Positions 42,910 through 58,613 of a stretch of DNA of 64,000 nucleotides are shown piece after piece (the first letter of the stretch is position 1; each line of letters begins with the position of its first letter). A program made the position numbers and the translations under genes. Origin of the DNA: Chrysomallon squamiferum (lineage: Eukaryota; Animalia; Mollusca); contig CM022676.1 of assembly GCA_012295275.1 (NCBI GenBank), positions 8,866,001 to 8,930,000 of the forward strand, written 5' to 3'. The notes beneath the pieces were generated by a model that did not search any database, was not told the DNA's origin, and saw nothing but the letters and a program-made list of their open reading frames with translations.

Positions 42910-43406
42910 CTGGGATTGCAGAATATAATACCTTAATAGTTTAACCTGCATTCTACGAAAAATTTTCCATATATATAAACAAAATAAAAAATAAAAACGA
43001 ACAGAAACTATAGCGATAATTCTCGTGATCCCAGCTGATTTAAAACCAGTGACGTGGACATCTTTTACGTCATTGTTTCAGATTTGACGCAAGAGCAGAC
43101 ATGTTCTACGTATATTGATGCTTGCCAGGTGATTTGCTTTCCATTATTGTCATTTGTAGTAGTAGTAGTTGTTGTTGTGGTATTGTTCTTGTTCCAATAA
43201 CAGGCGTACGAGAATGACATTCATACGTCATGTAGAATTCTTTTCTGAAAGCGGTGTAACTGATATTCTTTGCTTGCATCTCGGTACAGTCTTTGTGCTG
43301 TAATATTAACTGGCCGAAATTTAGAAACACATGATTTTGTTTTCGTCTCAGTAGAATTTAAAATACGATGCACGAAGCTATTTTCCATTTACTTTTCTTA
43401 ACTTAG

Positions 43407-43448
<42 letters not shown>

Positions 43449-43904
43449 TAAGGACATCAGTTTTAGAGCTCCGTTAATAACAGTCCGTATACTGAATTAC
43501 AGTACATAAAATAAAGGAATAAATTTAAAGGTTTCTTTTCTTTAACAAGTTAATTTCTTAAATTTGTAGGAACTGTTAGAGAAAGAAATGTCAAATTCAG
43601 TACTGATTTTATTAATAGAAGAAATTCAAAATATTTAAAATGATTTAAGACTCGTGACGTAGATAGGAAACTAGAGCTAATAATGGCTCGTTAACTACGA
43701 TAAAGATGTTACAGCTTCCGGTGATGCCAAAATACAAACTTTCATTACAATAGCAGGCTAATACAAGTATGCGTGTACGTATCTATGTATGTGTGTGTGC
43801 GTGTGTGTGTGTGTGTTGTTTAGGTGATCTTAACTATACCCTTGGAACTACAACAACAATAAAAACAGCAAGAATAAAATAATAACAACAACAACAACAA
43901 TAGA

Positions 43905-43979
<75 letters not shown>

Positions 43980-43984
43980 GAAAA

Positions 43985-45208
43985 ATGACTAAAGTACGTC
44001 CGTCTCGAAAAAAACTCCACAAAACGTTTAAGAAGAAATGGTGGTTTTATTTGCTTTTTGTGCTTTTCTTCACGACTATTCTCGATAAAACAGGTAAACT
44101 GTTAATCGTGGCTAGAATTTCACAAATAATTAAAATAATCCTACACGAAATCAATACGAAAATGAAGCCATGAGTACGCAAGAGCTTTTAATTCACTTAA
44201 TATTTCAGCCAGTGACAGTCTTTAATTTCTTTGTATTTACAGAGGCAGTGATATCATGAATACACTTAGTGATGGTATAATGAATATAATCAACACTTAC
44301 ATTCTGTATATGACTCAGTATTTGTAGACAGTCATATTTTAATGAATGTATAGTCCATTTCTTATTAGTGATGTTATGATAAATTAACTCAGTATTTCTC
44401 ATCAATATTTACTTTTTTACTTTTTGTTATCTTATGTTCTGTTTGAAGTCACTGTATTACAATGAATTTTCACATTTTTTTGTACACATATTTCAATTAA
44501 CTTACGTTATATATCAATTCATTGTATTGAGATGATATCACTGAGTGTTCCAAGACAATCATATTAAAGTTAATTCTGGTCAGCGGTATTAGGTTTTTTT
44601 CATTCAGCATTAGAATTCATTCATTCATTCATTCATTTTTCAGATGCTAGAGGATTACGAACCCAGCTCTTTCAATTAGACAAAGTTCAGCTTCCATTTG
44701 AAGTTGACGCGGTGTTTCATTGTCAGAGACACTATGTGCAGTGCGTGTGGGAATATCAGGTATGCACTAGAATCTTTTGTGGCTTAGAATCTAAATTGTT
44801 ATCTTGAAGAGTGATTGTTCGCAAGAGGGTTCATCTGACTCCAGCTGTAGACTACAGTTGTTACTGACTGAATATTTATAGAGTATACGTTATATTTAAG
44901 ATCATTCGGTAGAGCACTTTGGGCCCTGAATTTAAAATCTTTGTTATTTTTGTAATAATGACAACAACAACAACAAAAGCAACTGTAGATAAATAGATAA
45001 CAAGATAGATAGAAAGACAGACAAAGAGAATGATAGAGAGACAGTTACACTGATCAACAAATAACTAAATAACTAATAATAATGAATTATTATAGCAACA
45101 GGAGCCGTTTTACTACTAGTAGTAGTAATAACATGAGTAGTAATACCGTACACTATACTTTTTTCTTTATTATTGTTTAACCATTTTTTCTCCTTTTTCT
45201 TCTACTTC

Positions 45209-45261
<53 letters not shown>

Positions 45262-45402
45262 GTTGTTGTTGTTGTTGTTTTTGTTGTTATTGTTGTTCTT
45301 GTTGTTCCTTTTCTTTTTCGTCTTCTTCTGTTCCTCTGTTCTTCTTGTTATTATTATGGTTCTTATTATTATTATTACTTCTTGTTGTTGTAGTTGTTGT
45401 TG

Positions 45403-45448
<46 letters not shown>

Positions 45449-46331
45449 TGTTATTATTATTATTATTATTATTGGGGTTTTTGTTGTTGTTGTTATTATG
45501 ATTATTATAGTTAGAAGGTGAAGAGACTGTTGAGTTTCCTTCCAATTTCTCAAAAAGTGAAAAAAATACAACTGGCTGCTCGGGAGTGTATTCGACTACG
45601 ACAACATGCACACTGTCTTTTGATAACAGACCTTCTTTTCTAGTTGGCAGAGGTTACATCGTATTAAAGACTCGATCTGGTTATAGAGTATCTACACAGT
45701 TGTTAACTTTCACAGGTAAATATAGGAAGGAAATATTTTTTTCATGGTAAACATTAGGATAATGCAATGAATATTTTCCTCTCATAAACTTTGTCACATT
45801 AATCGTGACACGTGATGAACTGCATTCAGACAATGCCACAGCGATTCATCGATTGTGCAAATCGGCTAAACTGTGTACGTGATGACGTAACAACGGTACA
45901 CATGACGTCGTCCACTAGATTTTAAACTGTGTTTTCGTTATACTTCTTCGCTCAATAAGATTGCACCGCTAAATAATTAAGTAAATAAACTAAAGAAAAT
46001 AAATTATTATTATTATTATTATTATTATTATTGTTGTTGTTGTTGTTGTTTTTGTTGTTACCGTTATTATTGTGATTATGAATATGATTATTATTATGAT
46101 TATTATTATTATTATTACTATTATTATTTCAGGTTCCAGTGCCAATAGGGCTCGTTCTCCAGCCAAACTTCCTAATGGTACGACTCCTGCTGCATGTTCT
46201 TCCACGCCACTGTTTTTTATAATGTAAAAAAATTACTTTTTATTTCAACATACGATCGTATACATAATTAGATATCTACATGCATGCCTACTTACATACC
46301 TACATACATACATATATATAAACAGAGAGTG

Positions 46332-46364
<33 letters not shown>

Positions 46365-46908
46365 GATGGAAGACAAAATAAAGGCCTGCTTCGAGGGATG
46401 CGATGGTTACACTCGGTTATTGAACAATTTCTTTGCGACGTTGTCCTCATGTCCGAAGGTAACGTCGTCTGCCTACGAAACACGACCGAATGGGTGCCAT
46501 ATGTTCGAATCTTGTCAGCGGCGTTTCTTAATAAAATTTCTAAATGGTTTGTTTAACATTCAAAATCGTTAGCGATAACATTATTTACCATCATTTCAAA
46601 CAGAACAAATGTCTTAATGAAATTTAAAAATTGTTCATTGTGATTAGTACCATCATTCAAAAAGAGTGAAATTCCTACAGAATCTTCCATAATTCACCTA
46701 AACTTATATCCAGAATGGACATCAGTAAACTAATACTTTGTTTACTTTTTATTTTTATTTTTTTCAGATATAATGACAAAACATTTCAATTATTTATACA
46801 TTCATTCATTAATACATGTTTTCAACCTACTGATTCATTCATTATTTGTTTTTCTCTTTTATTTCTAGTTTTGCCATCGCCGTCATCTTCGTCATTGATT
46901 GGCCATAG
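43985..46908 (+). CDS. Family B gene B2: 186 aa putative GPI-anchored surface protein; exons 43985-44093, 44644-44759, 45511-45715, 46133-46223, 46869-46908
   Basis: Same exon sizes as B1 (109/116/205/91/40). DARGLRTQLFQLDKVQLPFEVDAVFHCQRHYVQCVWEYQ|LEGEETVEFPSNFSKSEKNTTGCSGVYSTTTTCTLSFDNRPSFLVGRG...|...STPLFFII|[12 protein letters not shown]. Confidence 0.72.
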
Positions 46909-47359
46909 CTGATTGTCACAAACTTTCATTAACAGCAACGATAAATTTTATATTCGCAACTTTCGCGAAATCTGTTTTATTCTTGGACAGAAAGTAGCTG
47001 AAACCATTATGATGACAACTGTATTTTGATATCAAGGCGCCATTTTCTATGTTAACCTCATTCAGAGTTAGTTCTAACAACTTCTTACAAGAAATAATCG
47101 ATTATATTCAAACAAGGTTGACTGTATCGATTTCATTGAAGTATAGGTATGACTCAGAATTTTTACATCTAGATCGAAATTACTTTTCTTCTTCTTCAAT
47201 TATTATTATTATTATTAAATTGCTCATTTGTAAATGATTCATTAGAAGTGTTTTTGGTAAACGATGGTTACTGTTAATGTTTCAAAGAAATAAAAGTTTT
47301 GTTTAAAAGTTTCTGTGTTTTTTGTCTCATATGCCTATGTATATGTACATGTGTATACA

Positions 47360-47432
<73 letters not shown>

Positions 47433-47445
47433 AAATAGACAGATA

Positions 47446-47490
<45 letters not shown>

Positions 47491-47770
47491 TATATATATA
47501 TTACTGGGATTGCAGAATATAATACCTTAATCGTGTAACCTGCATTCTACGACTAATTTTCCATATATATATATATATATAAAAAAATAAAAAATAAAAA
47601 CGAAAAGAAACGATAGCGATAATTCTCGTGATCCCAGCTGATTTAAAATCTGTGACGTAGACATATTTTACGTCATTGTTTGAGATTTGACGCAAGATCA
47701 GACATGTTCAACGTATATTGATGCTTGCCAGGTGATTTGCTTTCCATTATTGTCACTAGTAGTATTATCT

Positions 47771-47809
<39 letters not shown>

Positions 47810-48039
47810 CTAGCAGTAGTAGTAGTAGTTGTGGTATTGTTTTTGTTCCAATAATTGGCATACGAGAATGACATTCATACGTCATGTAGAATTCTTTTCT
47901 GAAAGCGGTGTGACTGATATTCTTTGCTTGCATCGCGGTACAGTCTTTGTACTGTAATATTAACTGGCCGAAATTTAGAAACACATGATTTTGTTTTCAT
48001 CTCAGTAGAGCTATTTTCCATTTACTTTTCTTAACTTAG

Positions 48040-48088
<49 letters not shown>

Positions 48089-48538
48089 TAACTATAATAA
48101 TAATAATAATATTAATAAAAAAAATAATAATAATTATAATAATAATAAATTAAGGACATCAGTTTTAGAGCTCCGTTAATAACAGTCCGTATACTGAATT
48201 ACAGTACATAAAATAAAGGAATAAATTTAAAGGTTTCTTTTCTTTAACAAGTTAATTTCTTAAATTTGTAGGAACTGTTAGAGAAAGAAATGTCAAATTC
48301 AGTACTGATTTTATTAATAGAAGAAATTCAAAATATTTAAAATCATTTAAGACTCGTGACGTAGATAGGAAACTAGAGCTAATAATGGCTCATTAACTAC
48401 GATAAAGATGTTACAACTTCTGGTGATGCCAAAATACAAACTTTCATTACAATAGCAGGCTAATACAAGTATGCGTGTACGTATCTATGTATGTGGGTCT
48501 GGGTGTGTGTGTGTTGTTCTAGGTGATCTTAACTACAC

Positions 48539-48592
<54 letters not shown>

Positions 48593-48598
48593 AGAAAA

Positions 48599-50542
48599 AT
48601 GACTAAAGTTCGTCCGTCTCGAAAAAAACTCCACAAAACGTTTCAGAAGAAATGGTGGTTTTATTTGCTTTTTGTGCTTTTCTTCGCGACTATTCTCGAT
48701 AAAACAGGTAAACTGTTAATCGTGGCTAGAATTTCACAAATAATTAACATAATCCTACACGAGATCAATACGAAAACGAAGCCATGAGTACGCAAGAGCT
48801 TTTAATTCACTTAATATTTTAGCCAGTGACAGGATTTAGCTTCTTTGTATTTACGGAGGCAGTGATATCATGAATTCACTCAGTGATGGTATAATGAATA
48901 TAATCAACACTTACATTCTGTATATGAGGAATTCACTCAGTATTTGTAGACAGTCATATTTTAATGAATGTATAGTCCATTTCTTATTAGTGATATTATT
49001 AAATTAACTCAGTATTTCTCATCAGTATTTAATTTTTTATGTATTTATTTATTTTGTGAATTTATGTTGTGTTTGAAGTCACTATATTATAATGAATTTT
49101 CACAATATATATACACATTCATATTTTAATTAACTTACGTTCTATATCAAGTCACTGTATTCAGATGAAGTCACTGAATGTTCGAAGACAATCATATTAA
49201 AGTTAGTTTATATAGTATATCTGGTTAGCGGTATTAGGTTTTTTTCATTCAGCATTAGAATTCATTCATTCATTCATTCTTCAGATGCTCCGGGATTAAG
49301 AACCCATCTCTTGACTTTAGACACATTTCAGCTTCCATTTGAAATGAAGGCGGTGTATATTTGTGTGAGAGACACTCTATGCAGTGCATATGGGAATATC
49401 AGGTATGCACTAGAATGCTTTGTGGCTTAGAATCTAAATTGTTATCTTGAAGAGTGATTGTTCGCAAGAGGGTTCATCTGACTCCAGCTGTAGGCTACAA
49501 TTGTTACTGACTGAATATTTATAGCGTATTCGTTATAGGTAAGATCATTTCGTAGAGCTCTTTGGGCCCTGAATTTAAAATGTTTGTTATTTTTTAACAG
49601 TGACAACAACAACAACAACAACAGCAAGACTAAGGTAGATAAATAGATAGATAGAAAGAGAGACAATTACACTGATCGACAAATAACTAAAAAACTAATA
49701 ATAATGAATTATTATAGCAACAGGAGCCGTTTTACTACTAGTAGTAGTAATAACATGAGTAGTAATACCGTACACTATTCTTTTTTTTTTCTTTTTTTAT
49801 TGTTTAACCGTGTTTTTCTCCTTTTTCTGCTTCTTCGTATTATTATTATTATTATTGTTGTTGTTGTTGTTGTTATTGTTGTTGTTGTTGTTCTTATTGT
49901 TGTTCCTTTTCTTTTTCGTCTTCTTCTGTTCCTCTGTTCTTCTTGTTATTATTATGGTTCTTCTTCTCATTATTATTATTGTTGTTGTTTTTGTTGTTAT
50001 TATGATTATTATAGTTAGAAGGTGAAGAGACTGTTGAGTTTCCTTCCAATTTCTCAAAAAGTGAAAAAAGTACAGCTGGCTGCTCGAGAGTGTATTCGAC
50101 TACGACAACATGCACACTGTCTTTTGATGAAAGACCTTCTTTTCTAGTTGGCAAAGGTCGCATCATCTTACGGTCTCAAACGGGATATGAAGGATCTTCC
50201 AAGTTGTTAACTTTCACAGGTGAAAGATATAGCAAATATTTTTTTCATGGTAAACATTAGGATAATGCAGTGAACATTTTCCTCTCATAAACTTTGTCAC
50301 ATTAATCGTGAGACGTGATGAATTGCATTCAGACAATGCCACAGCGATTCATCGATTGTGCAAATCGGCTAAACTATGTACGTGATGACGTAACAACAGT
50401 ACAGATGACGTGGTGCACTATATTTTAATTTGTATTGTTGTTGTAGTTCTTCATTAAATAAGATTGCACCGCTAAGTAATTAAATAAATAAACTAATGGA
50501 AATAAATTACTATTATCATCATCATCGTCGTCATCATCATCA

Positions 50543-50589
<47 letters not shown>

Positions 50590-50912
50590 TTTTATTTATT
50601 ATTATTATTATTATTATTTATTATTATTATTATTATTGTCGTGTGGTTCTATTTCGTAAACATTTTGCACTTTACTTTCTCATTATTATTTATAATACAA
50701 TATATATTAATTACATTAATCGTCATTATCATTATTATTATCAATGTTATTATTACTGTCATCATCATTATTATTACTATGGTTTCATGTGGTTCTCTTG
50801 TGATATAATTATTGCACTTAACTTTCTAATTATTATATCTGTAAAGAAATATGTTATTATTATGATGATCGCCTTTATAAATACATTAATCCTCATCATC
50901 ATCATTATGATC

Positions 50913-50975
<63 letters not shown>

Positions 50976-51284
50976 TCAGCTCCCAGTACTGCTTCGAGAG
51001 GTACGACTCATTCAGCATTGAAATATCTTTTCCTTTTTTATAATCATTATCATCATCATTTCCTTCTTCTTCTTGTTGTTTTCTTCCTATGACTATTATT
51101 TGTAGTTACTATTATTACTATTACAATCACTATCACTATTGCTATTGTTATCATTATTGTTATTATTATTGTCATCATCATCATCATCATTATTATTACG
51201 ACTATTATTCTGATTATTATTATTATTATTATTGTTATTATTATTATTGTCATTATTATTATTATTATTATTATTGTCATTATG

Positions 51285-51325
<41 letters not shown>

Positions 51326-51673
51326 TGTGATTGTTGTGTGGATCTATTTCGTAAACATTTTGCACTTTACTTTCTCATTATTATTTATAATACAATATAT
51401 ATTAATTACATTAATCGTCATTATCATTATTATTATCAATGCTGTTATTACTGTCATCATCATTATTATTGTGATTGTTTCAGCTCTTCTTCTTATAATA
51501 ATTATTATCACCATCATTACCATCATCATTATTATTACTGTGGTTTCATGTGGTTCTCTTGTGATATAATTATTGCACTTAACTTTCTCATTATTATATC
51601 TGTCAAGAAATATGTTATTATTATGATGATCGCCTTTATAAATACATTAATCCTCATCATCATCATTATGATC

Positions 51674-51727
<54 letters not shown>

Positions 51728-51975
51728 TCAGCTCCCAGTACTACTTCGATAGGTACGACTGATTCAGCATTGAAATATCTTTTCCTTTTTTATTATCATC
51801 ATCATCATAATTTTTTCTTCTTCTTCTTCTTGTTTTTTTATTGCTATGACTATTATTTGTTCTGTTACTATTATTACTATTACTATCACTATTACTATAG
51901 CTATTGTTATCATTATTGTTATTATTATTTAATCATCATCATCATCATTATTATTATTTTTATATTATTATTCTG

Positions 51976-52017
<42 letters not shown>

Positions 52018-52265
52018 TCAGCTCCCAGTACTACTTCGATAGGTACGACTGATTCAGCATTGAAATATCTTTTCCTTTTTTATTATCATCATCATCATAA
52101 TTTTCTTCTTCTCCTTCTTGTTTTATTGCTATGACTATTATTTGTTCTGTTACTATTATTACTATTACTATCACTATTACTATAGCTATTGTTATCATTA
52201 TTGTTATTATTATTGTCATCATCATCATCATCATTATTATTATTTTTACGACTATTATTATTATG

Positions 52266-52309
<44 letters not shown>

Positions 52310-52553
52310 GATGATGATGATTATTATTATTTCAGCTCCCAGTACTACTTCGATAGGTACGACTCATTCAGCATTGAAATATCTTTTCCTTTTTTATTAT
52401 CATCATCATTATTATTACTGTGGTTTCATGTGGTTCTCTTGTGATATAATTATTGGTCTTAACTTTCTCATTATTATATCTGTAAAGAAATATGTTATTA
52501 TTATGATGATCGTCTTTATAAATACATTAATCCTCATCATCATCATTATGATC

Positions 52554-52631
<78 letters not shown>

Positions 52632-52880
52632 TCAGCTCCCAGTACTACTTCGGGAGGTACGACTCATTCAGCACTGAAATATCTTTTCCTTTTTTATCAT
52701 CATCATCATAATTTTCTTCTTCTTCTTCTTGTTTTATTCCTATGACTATTATTTGTTCTGTTACTATTATTACTATTACTATCACTATTACTATAGGTAT
52801 TGTTATCATTATTGTTGTTATTATTGTCATCATCATCATCATCATTATTATTATTTTTACGACTATTATTATTATGATTA

Positions 52881-52914
<34 letters not shown>

Positions 52915-52915
52915 G

Positions 52916-52956
<41 letters not shown>

Positions 52957-53001
52957 GATTATTATTATTATTATTTTTATTATTATTATTATTATTATTA
53001 C

Positions 53002-53046
<45 letters not shown>

Positions 53047-53392
53047 TGTGATTGTCGTGTGGTTCTATTTCGTAAACATTTTGCACTTTACTTTCTCGTT
53101 ATTATTTATAATACAATATATATTAATTACATTAATCGTCATTATCATTATTATTATCAATGTTGTTATTACTGTCATCATCATTATTATTGTAATTGTT
53201 TCAGCTCTTCTTCTTATAATAATTATTATAGCATCATTGCCATCATCATTATTATTACTGTGTTTCATGTGGTTCTCTTGTGATATAATTATTGCACTTA
53301 ACTTTCTCATTATTATATCTTTTAAGAAATATGTTATTATTATGATGATCGCCTTTATAAATACATTAATCCTCATCATCATCATTATGATC

Positions 53393-53443
<51 letters not shown>

Positions 53444-53690
53444 TTTCAGCTCCCAGTACTACTTCGGGAGGTACGATTCATTCAGCACTGAAATATCTTT
53501 TCCTTTTTTATCATCATCATCATAATTTTCTTCTTCTTCTTCTTGTTTTATTCCTATGACTATTATTTGTTCTGTTACTATTATTACTATTACTATCACT
53601 ATTACTATAGCTATTGTTATCATTATTGTTATTATTATTGTCATCATCATCATCATCATTATTATTATTTTTACGACTATTATTATTCTG

Positions 53691-53722
<32 letters not shown>

Positions 53723-53960
53723 GATGATTATTATTATTTCAGCTCCCAGTACTACTTCGATAGGTACGACTCATTCAGCATTGAAATATCTTTTCCTTTT
53801 TTATTATCATCATCATTATTATTACTGTGGTTTCATGTGGTTCTCTTGTGATATAATTATTGCTCTTAACTTTCTCATTATTATATCTGTAAAGAAATAT
53901 GTTATTATTATGATGATCGCCTTTATAAATACATTAATCCTCATCATCATCATTATGATC

Positions 53961-54008
<48 letters not shown>

Positions 54009-54253
54009 TCAGCTCCCAGTACTACTTCGGGAGGTACGACTCATTCAGCACTGAAATATCTTTTCCTTTTTTATCATCATCATCATAATTTTCTTCTTCT
54101 TCTTCTTGTTTTATTCCTATGACTATTATTTGTTCTGTTACTATTATTACTATTACTATCACTATTACTATAGCTATTGTTATCATTATTGTTATTATTA
54201 TTGTCATCATCATCATCATCATTATTATTATTTTTACGACTATTATTATTCTG

Positions 54254-54307
<54 letters not shown>

Positions 54308-54529
54308 TCAGGTCCCAGTACTACTTCGGGAGGTACGACTCATTCAGCACTGAAATATCTTTTCCTTTTTTATCATCACCATAATACTTTTCTTCTTCTT
54401 CTTCTTGTTTTCTTCCTATGACTATTATTTGTAGTTACTATTATTGCTATTACAATCACTATCACTATTGCTATTGTTATCATTATTGTTATTATTATTG
54501 TCATCATCATCATCATCATCATTATGATC

Positions 54530-54601
<72 letters not shown>

Positions 54602-54859
54602 TCAGCTGCCAGTTCTACTCCGGGAGGTACGACTCATTCAGCATTGAAATATCTTTTCCTTTTTTATCATCATCATCATAATTTTTTTCTTCTTCTTCTT
54701 GTTTTCTTCCTATGACTATTATTTGTACTGTTACTATTATTACTATTACTATCACTATTACTATAGCTATTGTTATCATTATTGTTATTATTATTGTCAT
54801 CATCATCATCATCATCATTATTAATATTTTTACGTCTATTATTTTTATGATTATTCTGA

Positions 54860-54930
<71 letters not shown>

Positions 54931-55063
54931 TCAGATCGTAATGTTACGTCAGTAGGTACCACTCCTGCTGCATCTTCCTCCACATCACTGATTTTAATAA
55001 TGTAAGAAAATTACTTTTATATGGACCTACGATCGCATACATGCATCCGTCCTATATAGATAT

Positions 55064-55098
<35 letters not shown>

Positions 55099-56010
55099 GC
55101 ACACACACACATGACTTGATTTCACTTTGTTTTCTCGTGCCAGTGCGTTCCTCACTATTGTCTATGCAATGTTATCATCATTACACGAACATATAGAACG
55201 AATTCAAGCGGTAAAATACATACATAGAAACACATACATAAGCATACATACAGATACATACATACACATAAAATCATACATTGAAACATAAGTAAACATA
55301 AAGAATTGAATAGGATTTATTTTTATGCTTATCATTTTAGCAGAAAAAAAGACAATTCAAAATGCATAACGATTAATATTAGAAAGTCTTGTTTTGTTTC
55401 CAATAAATAATTATTTAAACCATTTCTTTGGAAATTTCTTAATAACGTACTAAAGTGACATAAAAGTGGACATTCGACCTACATTTTATAACAGTAAATT
55501 TTCCTAAGAAATCTTCACAATTTCTAATTTCATTTATTCATTACGTCTTTTACAGCCTGCATATGAAAACATAAAAAATTCTTAATAAAATTATAAAATG
55601 TTTTGCCATTATGTTTAACACCGTCATTCGAAAAGTAAGAAATTTCTCAACAAAATTTCATAATAGTTAGCGATCACATTAACTATCATCATTTCAAACA
55701 CAACAAATGTCATAACGAAATTTAAAAATTGTTCGCCATTGTAATTACTACCATCGTTCAAAAAGAGTGAAATTCCTACAGAATCTTCCACAGTTCACCC
55801 GAACTTATATCCAGAATGAACATCAGTAAACTAATACTTTGTTTACTTTTTATTTTTTTTTTTTTTTTTTTTTTTAATGAGTAAACATTTCAATTATTTA
55901 TAAATTGATTCTTTAATTCATGCTTTCAATCTACTGATTCATTCATTATTTTTTTCTCTTTTATTTCTAGTTTTGCCATCGCCGTCATCTTCGTCATTAA
56001 TTGGCCATAG
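48599..56010 (+). CDS. Family B gene B3 with micro-exon-encoded Ser/Thr/Pro stalk; 2-nt frameshift in exon 2 (pseudogene, null allele or assembly error)
   Basis: Exons 48599-48707, 49285-49402 (118 nt vs 116 in B1/B2), 50015-50219, ten 21-nt exons in 50980-54626, 54935-55001 (DRNVTSVGTTPAASSSTSLILII), 55971-56010 (FAIAVIFVINWP*). About 248 aa if the extra dinucleotide at ~49363-49372 is removed. Confidence 0.6.
50500..54934 (+). repeat. Higher-order tandem repeat of (TAT/CAT)n microsatellite blocks, period ~270-330 bp, carrying the 21-nt micro-exons
   Basis: Conserved core TTTCAG-CTCCCAGTACTACTTCG(AT/GG)AG-GTACGACTCATTCAGCA(T/C)TGAAATATC recurs ten times, separated by two or three recurring spacer types. 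Confidence 0.9.
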
Positions 56011-56295
56011 CTGTTTGTCACAAACTTTCCTTAACAGCAACGATTTATTTTATATTCGCAACTTTCGCGAAATGTATTTTCATCTTGGACAGAAAGTAGC
56101 TGAAACCATTATGATGACAACGGTAATTTGATATCATGGCGCCATCTTCTGTGTTAACCTCATTCAGTGTTAGTTCTAACAATTTCTTACACGAAATAAT
56201 CGATTATATTCAAAAACAAGAGTCTGTTTCGATTTCATTGAAGTATAGGTATGAATTTTTACATCTAGATCGAAATTACTCTTCTTCTTCTTCTT

Positions 56296-56347
<52 letters not shown>

Positions 56348-56893
56348 ATTGCTCATTTGTAAATGATTAAAATAAATGTTTGAATGTACATGCATGTGAT
56401 TAAAAAGGTTGAATTAAAACACAGAAATACTGAACATGAAACTAACAATGCAGTGGTTATTATTCATAAATGGTTTCCAACTGATTTCTAAGAAAGTATA
56501 AATTGTAAAAATATTCTGATTATGGTCTGTATGTTCACTAAACTGTTATTAATTTGGAAATTTTAGAGGCACATTTGTCAAAATATGAAATAAACATTCG
56601 AGAGAAAAACCCAGAAAAAACAAAGGCATAAATATACATAAAATAAAGTTAAAATAAACAATAATAATAATCACAACACTATCAATAATAATACTAAAAT
56701 ATTTTTAAAAAGACAATAAATAAATAAAGAAATACATAAAATACGTTAATAAGTAACTTAAATAAATAAAATGTAATAAAAACTAAAACAACCAGAACAA
56801 TAATAATAATTAAAATAGTAAAGAATAAATCAAAACAGAAATGAAGGAAATTATATGAAATAAAGTGAATGAATGAACGAATGAATACAATTC

Positions 56894-58376
<1,483 letters not shown>

Positions 58377-58378
58377 CC

Positions 58379-58412
<34 letters not shown>

Positions 58413-58548
58413 AAATTCAATACTATTATTGTAGCTGTCGCAGTAGTATTTGTTGTAGTAGTAATAACGATAATGACGATGGATATCATGATAATAAGTA
58501 AATATAAATTTTGAATAATATCTTTCCAATAGATAAATAAACAAACTG

Positions 58549-58613
<65 letters not shown>

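Noticed and set aside
43106-43330. Minus-strand ORF recurring near 38561, 43106 and 47673
   Set aside because: It recurs only because it is inside the B duplication unit, is interrupted by microsatellite, and shows no recognisable motif or splice pattern.
50980-54660. CRISPR-like appearance of a conserved ~45-bp repeat at regular spacing
   Set aside because: The spacers are ~250 bp or more, low-complexity and themselves repeated. The context is eukaryotic and spliced, with no cas genes.
50496-55005. Long poly-Ile/Tyr/His ORFs (up to 295 aa)
   Set aside because: Trinucleotide microsatellites lack stops in some frames. Only the 21-nt splice-bounded islands look constrained.
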